Origin: Macrostomum lignano | Taxonomy: Eukaryota | Reading direction: 5' to 3' | Assembly (NCBI GenBank): GCA_002269645.1 | Contig: NIVC01001983.1 | Location: forward strand, 172,654-216,275 | Length of the DNA: 43,622 bases | Shown: piece after piece, positions 1-11,000 of the stretch | Position numbering within the stretch: position 1 is the stretch's first letter | Layout of the letters: every line of letters begins with the position of its first letter | Position numbers and translations under genes: made by a program | Notes under the pieces: model-generated | Database searches by the model: none | The model's input: the letters and a program-made list of their open reading frames with translations, nothing else | What the model was told of the DNA's origin: nothing

Positions 1-262
1 GTGAGAGGAAGAGTGAGAGGGAGAGTGAGAGGGAGTGAGAGGGAGAGTGAGAGGGAGTGAGAGGGAGAGTGAGAGGGAGAGTGAGAGGGAGAGTGAGTGA
101 TAGGGAGAGTGAGAGGGAGTGAGAGGGAGAGTGAGAGAAGAGTGAGAGGGAGAGTGAGAGTGATAGGGAGAGTGAGAGGGAGTGAGAGGGAGAGTGAGAG
201 GGAGAGTGAGAGGGAGAGTGAGTGATAGGAGAGTGAGAGGGAGGGTGATAGGAGAGTGAGAG
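1..262. repeat. GA-rich simple repeat, (GTGAGAGGGAGA)-like units
   Basis: Direct reading: imperfect 10-12 bp purine units; continues off the window edge. Confidence 0.9.
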
Positions 263-841
263 GCAGCACAGTTACAGATGTGTGAAAGAGGATGAGATGT
301 AGAGGGAGAGTAGTGAAGTGAGGGAGACAGGGAGAAGAGAATGCAACCAAATGTAGCAGACAAAATCGACAGGAATGTGAAAAGATGGACAGCAGACAGC
401 ATTGGCACAGCGGGGACATAGCGTTGAAATAGAAGGAGACAGAGTGCCGCATAAATGGTGCCACCCAAATGGGCAGATGCCAGCAGTGCCTGTCATTCAA
501 AATCAAAACAGCAAGCCCCTGCACCTCAGCCCTGTTTGCAATCTGTATAAATTATAAAAGCACTCGTCTTGCCGGTGCTGTGGCTTAGACAGAAATTACA
601 GGCCTGGCAGCTTAGCGAACAGAATTTTTCCAGTCTAAGAAAAGTATTGGTAAGAGAGACATACTGCCATTATACAGTGTATAGATAGTGCCTGCCTGTG
701 CAAGCATAGCCAGACAAGAGTACGCATATACGCAAAGCAAAGCAACACAAACCAGGGGTTGTAAAACTTTTTTAAACTCGCAAGAGAACCAAGAGCATGA
801 CTGCGGCCCAGAGGGGAGAGAGGAGAGGGAATAGAGTAGAG

Positions 842-2754
842 CAGGGGTCGGCAACCTTTTTCCACTTGAGGGCCAGATGAGGTTTTCAGTTCAATCAAGA
901 CCACGGGCCACAGGTCGCCCCCGATTACTTCAACCCCCCCCCCTGGGTCTTTCTTTACCCTCCAGAATCCGCCCCCCCCCTGGTTTTTTACCTTAGAATC
1001 CCAGAATCAGCCCCCTGGGTTTTTACCCTCCAGTATCTGCCCCACTGGGTCTTTACCCTCCAGTATCTGCCCCACTGGGTCTTTACCCTCCAGTATCTGC
1101 CCCACTGGGTCTTTACCCTCCAGTATCTGCCCCACTGGGTCTTTACCCTCCAGTATCTGCCCCTGGGTCTTTACCCTCCAGTATCTGCCCCACTGGGTCT
1201 TTACCCTCCAGTATCTGCCCCACTGGGTCTTTACCCTTCAGTATCTGCCCCACTGGGTCTTTACCCTCCGGAATCCGCCCCCCGGTTTTTTACCCTAGAA
1301 TCCCAGAATCAGCCCCCTGGGTCTTTACCCTCCAGAATCTGCCCCACTGGGTCTTTACCCTTCAGTATCTGCCCCACTGGGTCTTTACCCTCCAGAATCC
1401 GCCCCCCCCGGTTTTTTACCCTAGAATCCCAGAATCAGCCCCCTGGGTCTTTACCCTCCAGAATCTGCCCCACTGGGTCTTTACCCTTCAGTATCTGCCC
1501 CACTGGGTCTTTACCCTCCAGAATCCGCCCCCGGTTTTTTACCCTAGAATCCCAGAATCAGCCCCCTGGGTCTTTACCCTCCAGAATCCGCCCCCTGGGT
1601 CTTTACCCTCCAGAATCCGCCCCCTGGGTCTTTACCCTCCAGTATCTGCCCCTGGGTCTTTACCCTCCAGAATCCGCCCCCTGGGTCTTTACCCTCCAGT
1701 ATCTGCCCCTGGGTCTTTACCCTTCAGTATCTGCCCCACTGGGTCTTTACCCTCCAGTATCTGCCCCACTGGGTCTTTACCCTCCAGTATCTGCCCCACT
1801 GGGTCTTTACCCTTCAGTATCTGCCCCACTGGGTCTTTACCCTCCAGTATCTGCCCCACTGGGTCTTTACCCTCCAGTATCTGCCCCACTGGGTCTTTAC
1901 CCTTCAGTATCTGCCCCTGGGTCTTTACCCTCCAGTATCTGCCCCTGGGTCATTACCCTCCAGTATCTGCCCCACTGGGTCTTTACCCTCCAGTATCTGC
2001 CCCACTGGGTCTTTACCCTCCAGTATCCGCCCCCTGGGTCTTTACCCTCCAGTATCTGCCCCACTGGGTCTTTACCCTCCAGAATCCGCCCCCTGGGTCT
2101 TTACCCTCCAGAATCCGCCCCCTGGGTCTTTACCCTCCAGAATCCGCCCCCCCCGGTTTTTTACCCTAGAATCCCAGAATCAGCCCCCTGGGTCTTTACC
2201 CTCCAGAATCTGCCCCACTGGGTCTTTACCCTTCAGTATCTGCCCCACTGGGTCTTTACCCTCCAGTATCTGCCCCTGGGTCTTTACCCTCCAGTATCTG
2301 CCCCTGGGTCTTTACCCTCCAGTATCTGCCCCACTGGGTCTTTACCCTTCAGTATCTGCCCCACTGGGTCTTTACCCTCCAGTCTCTGCCCCTGGGTCTT
2401 TACCCTCCAGTATCTGCCCCTGGGTCTTTACCCTCCAGTATCTGCCCCTGGGTCTTTACCCTCCAGTATCTGCCCCTGGGTCTTTACTAAATTACTAAAT
2501 TTGTACGCCCGTTGTTGGCCCGCCACCACCTCACTTTCCTTCGCTGCCAGTTCCCCCATTTCTATTCTGTTCGAAAGTTTGAACGGATGTGCTGTCTGTC
2601 TTCTAGAGTTTGTAAACAGCTACTTTCACGATCAGTTCGTGTCTCATTACTAATTTGTCATTAAAGTTGGCAATTGAGGAAAGAAATTCCCCATTTTAGT
2701 GCACACTAAACTTCCATTTTAGGAAGTTCGCGGGCCGGAGGTTGCCGACCCCTG
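842..2754. mobile_element. Non-autonomous hAT (Charlie/Buster-like) DNA transposon in ACSS3 intron 2
   Basis: Perfect 16-bp TIRs CAGGGGTCGGCAACCT (842-857) and AGGTTGCCGACCCCTG (2739-2754); perfect 8-bp TSD GAGTAGAG at 834-841 and 2755-2762 with central TA (nnnTAnnn, the Buster/Charlie-type preference). No transposase ORF inside. Confidence 0.9.
950..2485. repeat. 28/30-bp minisatellite GGGTCTTTACCCTCCAGTATCTGCCCC(AC)T inside the hAT element
   Basis: About 50 units; a longer variant (GGTTTTTTACCCTAGAATCCCAGAATCAGCCCCCT) recurs near 980, 1283, 1410, 1532 and 2155. Confidence 0.95.
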
Positions 2755-3358
2755 GAGTAGAGAGAATAAGAGAGAAAGGAGAACGGAGAAGCGAGGGACT
2801 AAGGGAAAAGAGAGGAGAGAGGAAATAGACGAGAGTGGAGAGAGAGAAGGGAGAGAAGAGAAATGAAGAGAGGAGAATAGACAAAAAAGCTGAGAAGAGA
2901 CAAATCTTCAGCGGGCCGGATTGCTATTGTGAAATTGAAAGGACGCGAGGGTCGGATAGAGAGGCTTCGCGGGCCACATGTGGAGGAGGGCATGGACTCA
3001 AATGTTGAAAAAGTGCACCAGACAATTTTTAAACAGAGAGACTCAGCTCCCTGCTCCGCTTGGATTCGAAGGTGGAGAGCACGGACAGAGTAAAGAACAG
3101 AGAGCAATTCAATGTGCCGGCGGACTAACTTGGAGAGGCCACGGAGCAGACACAACGAGGGACAGAGAAAGAAAGAGTACAAAACATGACTAAGGGTACA
3201 ATTAGAGGTCAATGGGTTCAGTAGATTCAGTCAAATAGATTAAATACAACTACTAGTATGAAATATTATGTGGTAAGGCACAAGGCCCAAAAAATTGCTT
3301 CAAGGCTCAAATAAAGGATAAAAGGAGAGAGAGAGTCAGCAGCACACACTGAAAGATC

Positions 3359-3503
3359 TGAGGGTGGCTAGCAGTCAACAGCCCACACTGAGGGTGGCTA
3401 GCAGTCAACAGCCCACACTGAGGGTGGCTAGCAGTCAACAGCCCACACTGAGGGTGGCTAGCAGTCAACAGCCCACACTGAGGGTGGCTAGCAGTCAGCA
3501 GCC
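3359..3503. repeat. 30-bp minisatellite at the start of ACSS3 intron 2
   Basis: Unit GAGGGTGGCTAGCAGTCAACAGCCCACACT, about 4.7 copies, beginning a few nt from the exon 2 donor. Confidence 0.9.
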
Positions 3504-3511
3504 CGCCTCAC

Positions 3512-4238
3512 CCTCATAGATGATGGTGGTGTTCCTGTGCAGCAGCGGGGCATAGCAGATGTAGGAATGCCCCACAACCCAGCCGAAGTCGCTGGCCGCC
3601 CACCATACGTCCCCGGGGTCAAGGCCGTACAGGGCGTTCATGGAGAAATTCAACGCCACAGCGTGACCCGCCGAGGGTCGAACGACGCCCTTCGGCGAGC
3701 CGGTGGTGCCGCTGGTGTACAGCAGGTAGACGGGCTCGTTGGCTTCAATTGGCACGGCGTCGTGCTTCCTAGAGGAGGCCAGCGCCTCGGCCCAGTCCGC
3801 GTCGAGGCCCGGGTCGGAGTCGGACAGCGGCAGGCCGCCGGGCCGCTGGAACAGGACCACCCGGTCGACGCAGTGCTGGCCGCCGCTCACTAGGCTCAAC
3901 GCGTCGCGCAATATCGCCCGGTAGTCGATGGTCCGGCCTGGCTCAACGCCGCAGGAGCCACACACGATGACCTTCGGCTTGGCGTGAGCAATTCTGGTGG
4001 CCAATTCCTTGGCAGCGAAGCCGCCAAACACTAGCGAGTGAATTGCGCCGAGCCTGGCCGCGCCTAGCATAGCAACCATGGTCTCCGGCACCATGGGCAT
4101 GTAGATGAGCACCCGATCGCCGCGTTTGACGCCCTCCTTGGCCAGGTAGCCGGCGAAACGGGCCACCTGATCGAGCAGCTGCGCGTAGGTGATCCGGCTG
4201 ACCGACTTAGTGACTGGCGAGTCGTGAATGACGGCCAC
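3512..4238 (-). CDS. ACSS3: Acyl-CoA synthetase short-chain family member 3 (propionyl-CoA synthetase-like), exon 2; later exons lie beyond the left edge
   Basis: Translation VAVIHDSPVT...IYMPMVPE...GAIHSLVFGGFAAKEL...VYLLYTSGTTGSPKGVVRP (AMP-binding signature)...WWAASDFGWVVGHSYICYAPLLHRNTTIIYEG closely matches the ACSS3/PrpE family. Acceptor CAG at 4241-4239, donor GTGAGG from 3511 (phase 1). Confidence 0.9.
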
Positions 4239-4269
4239 CTGGGGTGAGGTGTTGTGCATAGATGGGAAG

Positions 4270-4525
4270 GAAATTGACAAGGAACAAGAGGCAAGAAACA
4301 AGTGACAAGAAGCAAGTGGCTAGTGACAGAAAGCAAGTGACAAAGAACAAGTGACAAAGAGCAAGTGACAAAGAGCAAGTGACAAAGAGCAAGTGACAAA
4401 GAGCAAGTGACAAAGAGCAAGTGACAAAGAGCAAGTGACAAAGAGCAAGTGACAAGGAACAAGAGGCGAGCAAGTGACAAAGAGCAAGTGACAAAGAGCA
4501 AGTGACAAAGAGCAAGTAACAAGGG
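4270..4525. repeat. 14-bp minisatellite (GTGACAAAGAGCAA) in ACSS3 intron 1
   Basis: Direct reading; explains the LSLALCHLLFVTCS pseudo-ORFs. Intron 4239-4631 (393 bp). Confidence 0.92.
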
Positions 4526-4631
4526 AAATTGTGCCTGGTCGCCGAAACCCCCAGGATCTTGGGGTCCCATTCCTTGACTACCCTCGACGAATTATGATCA
4601 GAAAGCCTGTCCACGCAGTATTATAAATCAC

Positions 4632-4949
4632 CTGGTCGCCGAAGCCGTCCTCCACGTGCCTGTCCAGGCAGTTGTAGGCTGTGTTCAGCTCGCCGCCTGT
4701 GAACCAGCGCGGCCGCACCGGGTCCCGATGGTCCAGCACCTTGTTGAACTTTGTTTTCCACGACAGTTTGCTGGCCTGCTCCGCCCAGAACTCTTCGGGG
4801 TTGTGCACGGACTGGCGGAACACCGACTCGTACACCATGGCGGTTGAGGCCACGTTCTCGTAGGTGCACAGCCCGCATCGTGACTGACTGGCGCTCGAAA
4901 TTAGACGGCCCAGTTTAGAAGAGCCACGGGTGAGAACAGCTGATAGCAT
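4632..4949 (-). CDS. ACSS3: ACSS3 exon 1 (putative mitochondrial presequence plus N-terminal domain)
   Basis: ATG at 4949 (the track start at 4973 is TTG). MLSAVLTRGSSKLGRL is R/S/L-rich and lacks acidic residues; then PEEFWAEQA..LSW...RWFTGGELNTAYNCLDRHVEDGFGDQ. 318 nt; donor CAG|GTGATT at 4631 joins exon 2 in phase 0. Confidence 0.88.
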
Positions 4950-5101
4950 GGCCAAGTGCTGCCCATGCAGCAATTTTCATTGTACATGGTTGATCATTGA
5001 AAGTCAGCTTTATGTGTAACATATACCATGGAACTTTTAATGCAATATTGATTTGCTATTGAATATCAGGGCTTGCATGGGTGGAGAAGAAAATTCAGGA
5101 T

Positions 5102-6213
5102 CACAGAATACCACAGAATGCTCATTCTGCCACCCTGAATAAAAAATCTCAATGCAAAATTATTTTCGCTTTGTGCTACTCTTCCTGTGAAGCTGTGGGA
5201 AAGTAGTATGGAGAAGAATCACCATAGACGATTTCACTCGCATGGGCTTGTGATTTTTAGTCTTCTGTTTTTTAGTAATCATACGTCGTAGATCAACGAA
5301 CATTCTTTTATTCTAAGGCGAAGAGCAGTGCGGTGCTATCATGAAAAAATCTCGAGCCCAGTGCGCAGCTTATGGCTGCAATTCCTATGCCTACAAGTGC
5401 CCGCATTTGACGCGATTTCAAGCATTTCCTTCTGGAGACAGTGCAAGGTATGTATTTCAGAGAACACATAGTTGACTCCTGTGGTATGAGTTTTCTTCTT
5501 TGATTTTAGAATCACTTTAGTGTTCAAACTCTTGCATCTTTCAGGTGCGAAGACTGGGCTCGGCGATTGTTTCGAGCTGACCTTCTGCAGGAAAAGCAAA
5601 CGAACACAAATGGAAGAGAGCGGTTGTGTGCAGTTTACACTTCAGGGATGATATGTACACCTGCCCAAATCAACGTCACGAGCCGGGAACGCGCCTTTTA
5701 AGCAGTGCATATCCTGCATTGAACCTTTACAAGAACGCTCCTATTGAACGAAAACAAAAGCCACCGTTAGTTCAAAGTGTGTCGGCACGGCCAGACCCTT
5801 GGAGTCCTGCTTCTGCTGCGCTTCACGATCCTCAACCTTATCCTCAAACATTGTTTTCAATTTTGAATTTGTTTTCTTAAGCGCTGCAGAAGTGTACTAC
5901 ATTCTTTCCATTTATGAACCTTTTATTGTTCTTTAGTCAAATTGTTTACAGTTTTTTGCTTATACAGTATGGAATCCAATACTGGTTGAGTGATTGTTAA
6001 CCACCATAAGATATTGCCACTTAAGTTTTTTAACAATCGCATAATTTCAATTACATCGACTGCTCTAGGAGCTCTCAAAAGCAGTAAACTGCTACTTTAA
6101 TGTTATCAAATAGTTACAACTACTTATAAATCTTCACAGGAAGAGTAGCATCTATGGTGTTTTAATTCGAGACACATTCTACTAATCAATTGAGCATTCT
6201 GTGGTATTCTGTG
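5102..6213 (+). mobile_element. Internally deleted P-superfamily-like TIR element (1112 bp) carrying a THAP-domain gene
   Basis: Perfect 23-bp TIRs CACAGAATACCACAGAATGCTCA (5102-5124) and its reverse complement (6191-6213); 5'-CA...TG-3' ends; flanking direct repeat TTCAGGAT (5094-5101) / GTCAGGAT (6214-6221), 7/8 identical; THAP gene inside. THAP plus CA ends plus 7-8 bp TSD are P-superfamily hallmarks. Confidence 0.75.
5341..5880 (+). pseudogene. Spliced THAP zinc-finger (C2CH) gene, about 147 aa after one 1-nt frameshift; truncated transposase N-terminus
   Basis: Exon 1 5341-5447 MKKSRAQCAAYGCNSYAYKCPHLTRFQAFPSGDSAR, intron 5448-5544 (GTATGT...TTTCAG, phase 2), exon 2 CEDWARRLFRADLLQ then, with one extra A in GAAAAG near 5591-5596, EKANEHKWKRAVVCSLHFRDD...LLSSAYPAL. 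Gives C-x4-C, FP, W, C-x2-H-F and an AVPT-like box. The frameshift may be an assembly error. Confidence 0.8.
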
Positions 6214-8675
6214 GTCAGGATTAGGTTTAATATTTTTGTTTTAATCTTAGACTTAGGATTTTGGGATAATAGTATTAACACTAGCATCCAATATACAGAT
6301 CCTATATAGGTCAAAAAGGATCTCAATATTTTGAGATTATATTTTATTTTCTTTTGTGGATCTTGTGATTTTGGGCTTGGGATGTAGTTGATCCCATTTT
6401 TAATTGTTTGATATTCAAAAAAAAATTATTTATGCTATGACATGATCATAGTAATTATATTTTAGTTGCATATAAAGAAACAAAAAATTGTCATAAAATA
6501 TGAACTCATAATATAATTATAATATCTACAAGACATTAAAAAACTAAATCTTTAATTACATTTTATAGATAAAAGAAAAGTATGAAATTGATATAAATGA
6601 AACCAGCCTTACAAAAATATAGTTTCAAATTTCAATATAGTTTCATAGGCCTATGAGTAGTAATGAGCCTACTAATTCTTTTTTCTAAAACTTTTTGGCA
6701 AGCCATTTAGGAAAAGGTTAAAATGTAATAGGGTAGAATATTAAAGTAAATAAAATTAAATGAATACGCTTGTAAAGGACACATGTAGAAGCTTTAAAAT
6801 AAGATAAATATGATAACATAATAAACAAGTTTGTGGGCATTCTATTTGACAACATAACTCATTAGACAAGCATAATGTACTCTCACATGTAGTTTTTAAT
6901 AAGCTTATGAATTATGAACTGAAAGGTACACACAATTTGCTTGTAAAAGCCAATAAAACTAAGTAGCTAGGCCTAGTAAGTAGTATAATAATCTATATTT
7001 TAATCTTTTAAATGATTTATTATATTATATTTATTGAACTTAACTACTTAAACAACAGAAATTATTAGATACAGACACAAATTAGATACAAAAGTATTAT
7101 TTAGGCAGAGAAATCAGGTCAGGTTCATAAAATATCTGATGAGATTGGGCTGGACGGAAATTGGAATTATAATAAATTTGCTAAAATCGATCACATACCC
7201 ACATACCTACCTACCGACAGAACATTTTTAGTTATATGGATTACAATTACAAAATTCTAATTAGGGAAAGGGAAATTTGAATTTATAATAAATTAAATAA
7301 TTTTAGATTAAATTATTGCAAGATCGAAAACTACAAGCAATAAAGAATTGAATTTTAGCATTTAAAAAGCGTTAAATTTTCAATTTATTGTATGAATCTA
7401 GAAAGCTTATAGCTGACATAAGAAATATAAAAGCATTAAATATTATAAAATACTTTTTGTTTTACAGACCTAATGGTAATAAAGCCCCAAAAAATTGTCA
7501 AATTAAATTAAAGAACAAATCTGTTCTTAAAGTCGAGCTAAAAATCGCATGCATATCATTCATTAATTATGTAAATCACGTGTATCAGAGCTATTACAGG
7601 TAGAATGCAGACTCGTAGGAATGATTGATTTTGCAGCTGGAAGACAATCTTAACTCTAATAAAGCTTATTTAAATGTAAATAGGCTTTATTATAGTAATT
7701 TTCCATGTACTTAATAGTTCTACATGTACATGTGCATGCATGTATGCATACAGTGCATTTTTACGAGTTCTTACATTGTACTCATGCTTACATGCATCGT
7801 ACTTAAATTTAAAGGTATAGTTTCTGTATTTTTTGATCGCTGTTCGCTTACACAATGAACCATTTTTCTATCCAATTAAGCCTCACTGATTGTAATTAAG
7901 CATATACGTGCAGTGTACGTACATGTACATTACATGTACTATGTATACTGCACAATAAAACTACGCAGCATTTCCTCAAAACCATTCGCAATAAATGAGT
8001 CACGGTTGCAGGTCGAAAATCAAACAATATTGTTAGAGCTAGAATTAAATAATCTGATCGATGAAATCGAAGGCGAAATCAATTAAATGTTGTCAAGCAC
8101 TAGTACGTGCTATCGAGTAGCAATACGTGTGCGCTTCGACTGAAAAGTTTTCACGACATCCAGCATCCTGTCCCCTCGTTTCGCTACAATTCATGTGAGC
8201 TAAATAAATGTAGCCGCATCTTAACAATGATTATTAAAAACTGAAAATGAAATCCTAAAATTGGAGCTTGCAACGGGCACAGAATTACAAAGACACGCAA
8301 GCCATGCGGATAAAAAAGTACCGTCAAAATTGTATCTAAACCATTTGAGGCTATCCGATGTTCGAATACATTAAGTAGCATAGTCGATCTACATGAATGC
8401 ATGCATGTGTACATGAAAATGAAGGGGAGTCAGGAATTATGGCACCTTCGTTACCCGTGAAATTTGCATTTGCATAGACACTTGAGTACTTCAGCTTAGA
8501 CAACACTATATATAGAGACACGCTAGCAGAACTGTAGTATTTGCAAAAATCCTACGGATAGTCATGCATAGCACCCATTAGAGCGGTGATTTATGCGTCA
8601 GGCAGGTAAGAAACTTTCTGATTAACAGATTCTATACTGTCCAACGAGTGACTCCAAGCAATATTCTACAGCTGA

Positions 8676-9680
8676 CTCCATTGTCTGGCAGGTGATTCCA
8701 CTGTCTGATTCCACTGACTGACAGGTGATTCTACTGACTGACAGGTGATTCCAATGACTGACAGGTGATTCCACTGACTGACAAGTGATTCCACTGTCTG
8801 ACAGGTGATTCCAATACCTGTCTGACAGGTGATTCCAATATCTGTCTGACAGGTGATTCCAATATCTGTCTGACAGGCGATTCCAATATCTGTCTGACAG
8901 GTGATTCCAATATCTGTCTGACAGGTGATTCCAATATCTGTCTGACAGGTGATTCCAATATCTGTCTGACAGGCGATTCCAATATCTGTCTGACAGGCGA
9001 TTCCAATATCTGTCTGACAGGTGATTCCAATATCTGTCTGACAGGTGATTCCAATATCTGTCTGACAGGTGATTCCAATATCTGTCTGACAGGCGATTCC
9101 AATATCTGTCTGACAGGTGATTCCAATATCTGTCTGACAGGCGATTCCAATATCTGTCTGACAGGTGATTCCAATATCTGTCTGACAGGTGATTCCAATA
9201 TCTGTCTGACAGGCGATTCCAATATCTGTCTGACAGGCGATTCCAATATCTGTCTGACAGGCGATTCCAATATCTGTCTGACAGGTGATTCCAATATCTG
9301 TCTGACAGGCGATTCCAATATCTGTCTGACAGGTGATTCCAATATCTGTCTGACAGGTGATTCCAATATCTGTCTGACAGGTGATTCCAATATCTGTCTG
9401 ACAGGCGATTCCAATATCTGTCTGACAGGTGATTCCAATATCTGTCTGACAGGCGATTCCAATATCTGTCTGACAGGTGATTCCAATATCTGTCTGACAG
9501 GTGATTCCAATATCTGTCTGACAGGCGATTCCAATATCTGTCTGACAGGCGATTCCAATATCTGTCTGACAGGCGATTCCAATATCTGTCTGACAGGTGA
9601 TTCCAATATCTGTCTGACAGGTGATTCCAATATCTGTCTGACAGGTGATTCCAATATCTGTTTGACAGGTGATTCCATTG
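8676..9680. repeat. 24-bp minisatellite (TGTCTGACAGGTGATTCCAATATC), about 40 units including degenerate ends
   Basis: Direct reading; source of the 315-378 aa repetitive pseudo-ORFs on the minus strand. Confidence 0.95.
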
Positions 9681-11000
9681 TCTAATACAGATATCACTGC
9701 TTAAACCTTCTACATTGTTGGAAGCCTTAACAGTCAACAGAACACCCATGACGCCCAAAGCCGCCCTTAGGTGCGAAATTAGGTCGTAATGACGAGTGAC
9801 GCAATTGAAATAATGAAAATAGAATAAACTTAAAATATTTTCTTGTTGGACGTAATTGCTAGCTGTACCCGGTAAGGCATTGAGAGATTTTTGTTATAAT
9901 TGCCAGCATTCCAGCTTCGGGCAGTGTAATAGCTATCTGATAATAACATGCAGGTAAAAAGCTTTGTCAAAGGTGCCACGCCCGCCGGTTCTAAGGCTTC
10001 TAAAATTTGCGTGCAAGAGTACCGCGGCATAGGGGCAACCGAGCCATAGGGCTTCCCCTATTTGGCAGGATATCCATTTCTAGCTTCTAAGCTACTACAA
10101 GACAAACTGTATATAAATGAAATCCACGCTCAAGCATTTTGGGAAAGCTGAGCTTCAGAACCTGCGAGGAAGGGGGCATGCGGGAGCTGGGGAGAAACGG
10201 TCTCACAGACGGCAGAGAAGAAAGAGAGCTACAGAGCTCCGCAGGGCGGCAGGCCTGCATGCTGTACTGCAACGGGAATTCATGCTTGCGAATTCATGCC
10301 CGCGAGTTAAAAGGGCCCGTGGCGACAATTCAGACGGAACGGAGCTCGAGACGAAATGTACGACGGGTTGGGGGGGGGGGGTCGCGACTTAGGCGCAAGG
10401 AGGCAAGGATGAGGGCAGAGAGGCTGGGCTGGCTAAAGCCCCTTCCCCCAGCATCCGCGTACTGCCAAAACACAGTGAGTACAAACACAGCGGCTTGGGC
10501 CTGCATGCTCTCTGCTTCTCAGTCTCCATCGGAGCTGGCATTGGCCAGGGAGAGCAAGAGGGTAGCAGGAAGAACAGGCGGGAGAACAGGAGGGAGAGGC
10601 CAAGGATGGCACGGGGATTGCAGAGAAGCAAATCGGGGGACAAGCGAAGGAAAAGGAGATTGGCATCGCGAAACTCAACCCACCCACCCCATATTTGAGC
10701 GCCAGGCGCTATTGACTGTTTCTTAGCAGCAGCTGCAGCAGCAGAGTATCAGCCTCATCAACCACCTCAGTTTCTCCTGTTCTCAGGCAAGTTTCAATAG
10801 GTAGCTCGCGGCGTGCAATCAACCTCACCTCCGCTTTGCGCGCCCCCGAGCAAATCTCTCTCTCTCTCTCCCTACAAAGCCGGCCGGCCTCATGTGAGGA
10901 GATACGCGCCCCGACTGAACAAGGGAACTGATTTCAGCTGAGGAAGCATAGCCAAACATATTCAAGCACAGCCAAATAACTGACCCTGTCTGCCAAGCAG

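Noticed and set aside
263-833. Search for ACSS3 exon 3 (expected to start near KPVGTPD)
   Set aside because: No minus-strand frame here or in 2755-3358 resembles the continuation; the gene must continue beyond position 1.
2900-3140. GCGGGCCGGATT and CGCGGGCCACATGTGG motifs typical of hAT MITE interiors
   Set aside because: No TIR pair or TSD could be identified; at most a fragment.
4235-4635. CCAGGTG repeated at both junctions of ACSS3 intron 1 (possible intron gain by duplication or introner)
   Set aside because: Indistinguishable from the ordinary CAG|GT splice consensus; other introns show no extended junction repeats.
5067-5138. Alternative small element CAGGG...CCCTG overlapping the left P-like TIR
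   Set aside because: No flanking duplication and poor inverted match, whereas the 5102-6213 boundaries have perfect TIRs and a near-perfect TSD.
8622-9758. Long ORFs of 315-378 aa (also 14654-15217, 21292-21862, 29257-30643, 36819-37406, 38703-40100, 43162-43594)
   Set aside because: All are translations of stop-free tandem or low-complexity repeats; peptide period equals DNA period; no domain or splice support.
10117-10726. Plus-strand ORFs upstream of the membrane protein gene
   Set aside because: The longer ORF begins at TTG; peptides are G/R-rich with no recognisable motif; more likely GC-rich promoter or UTR sequence.
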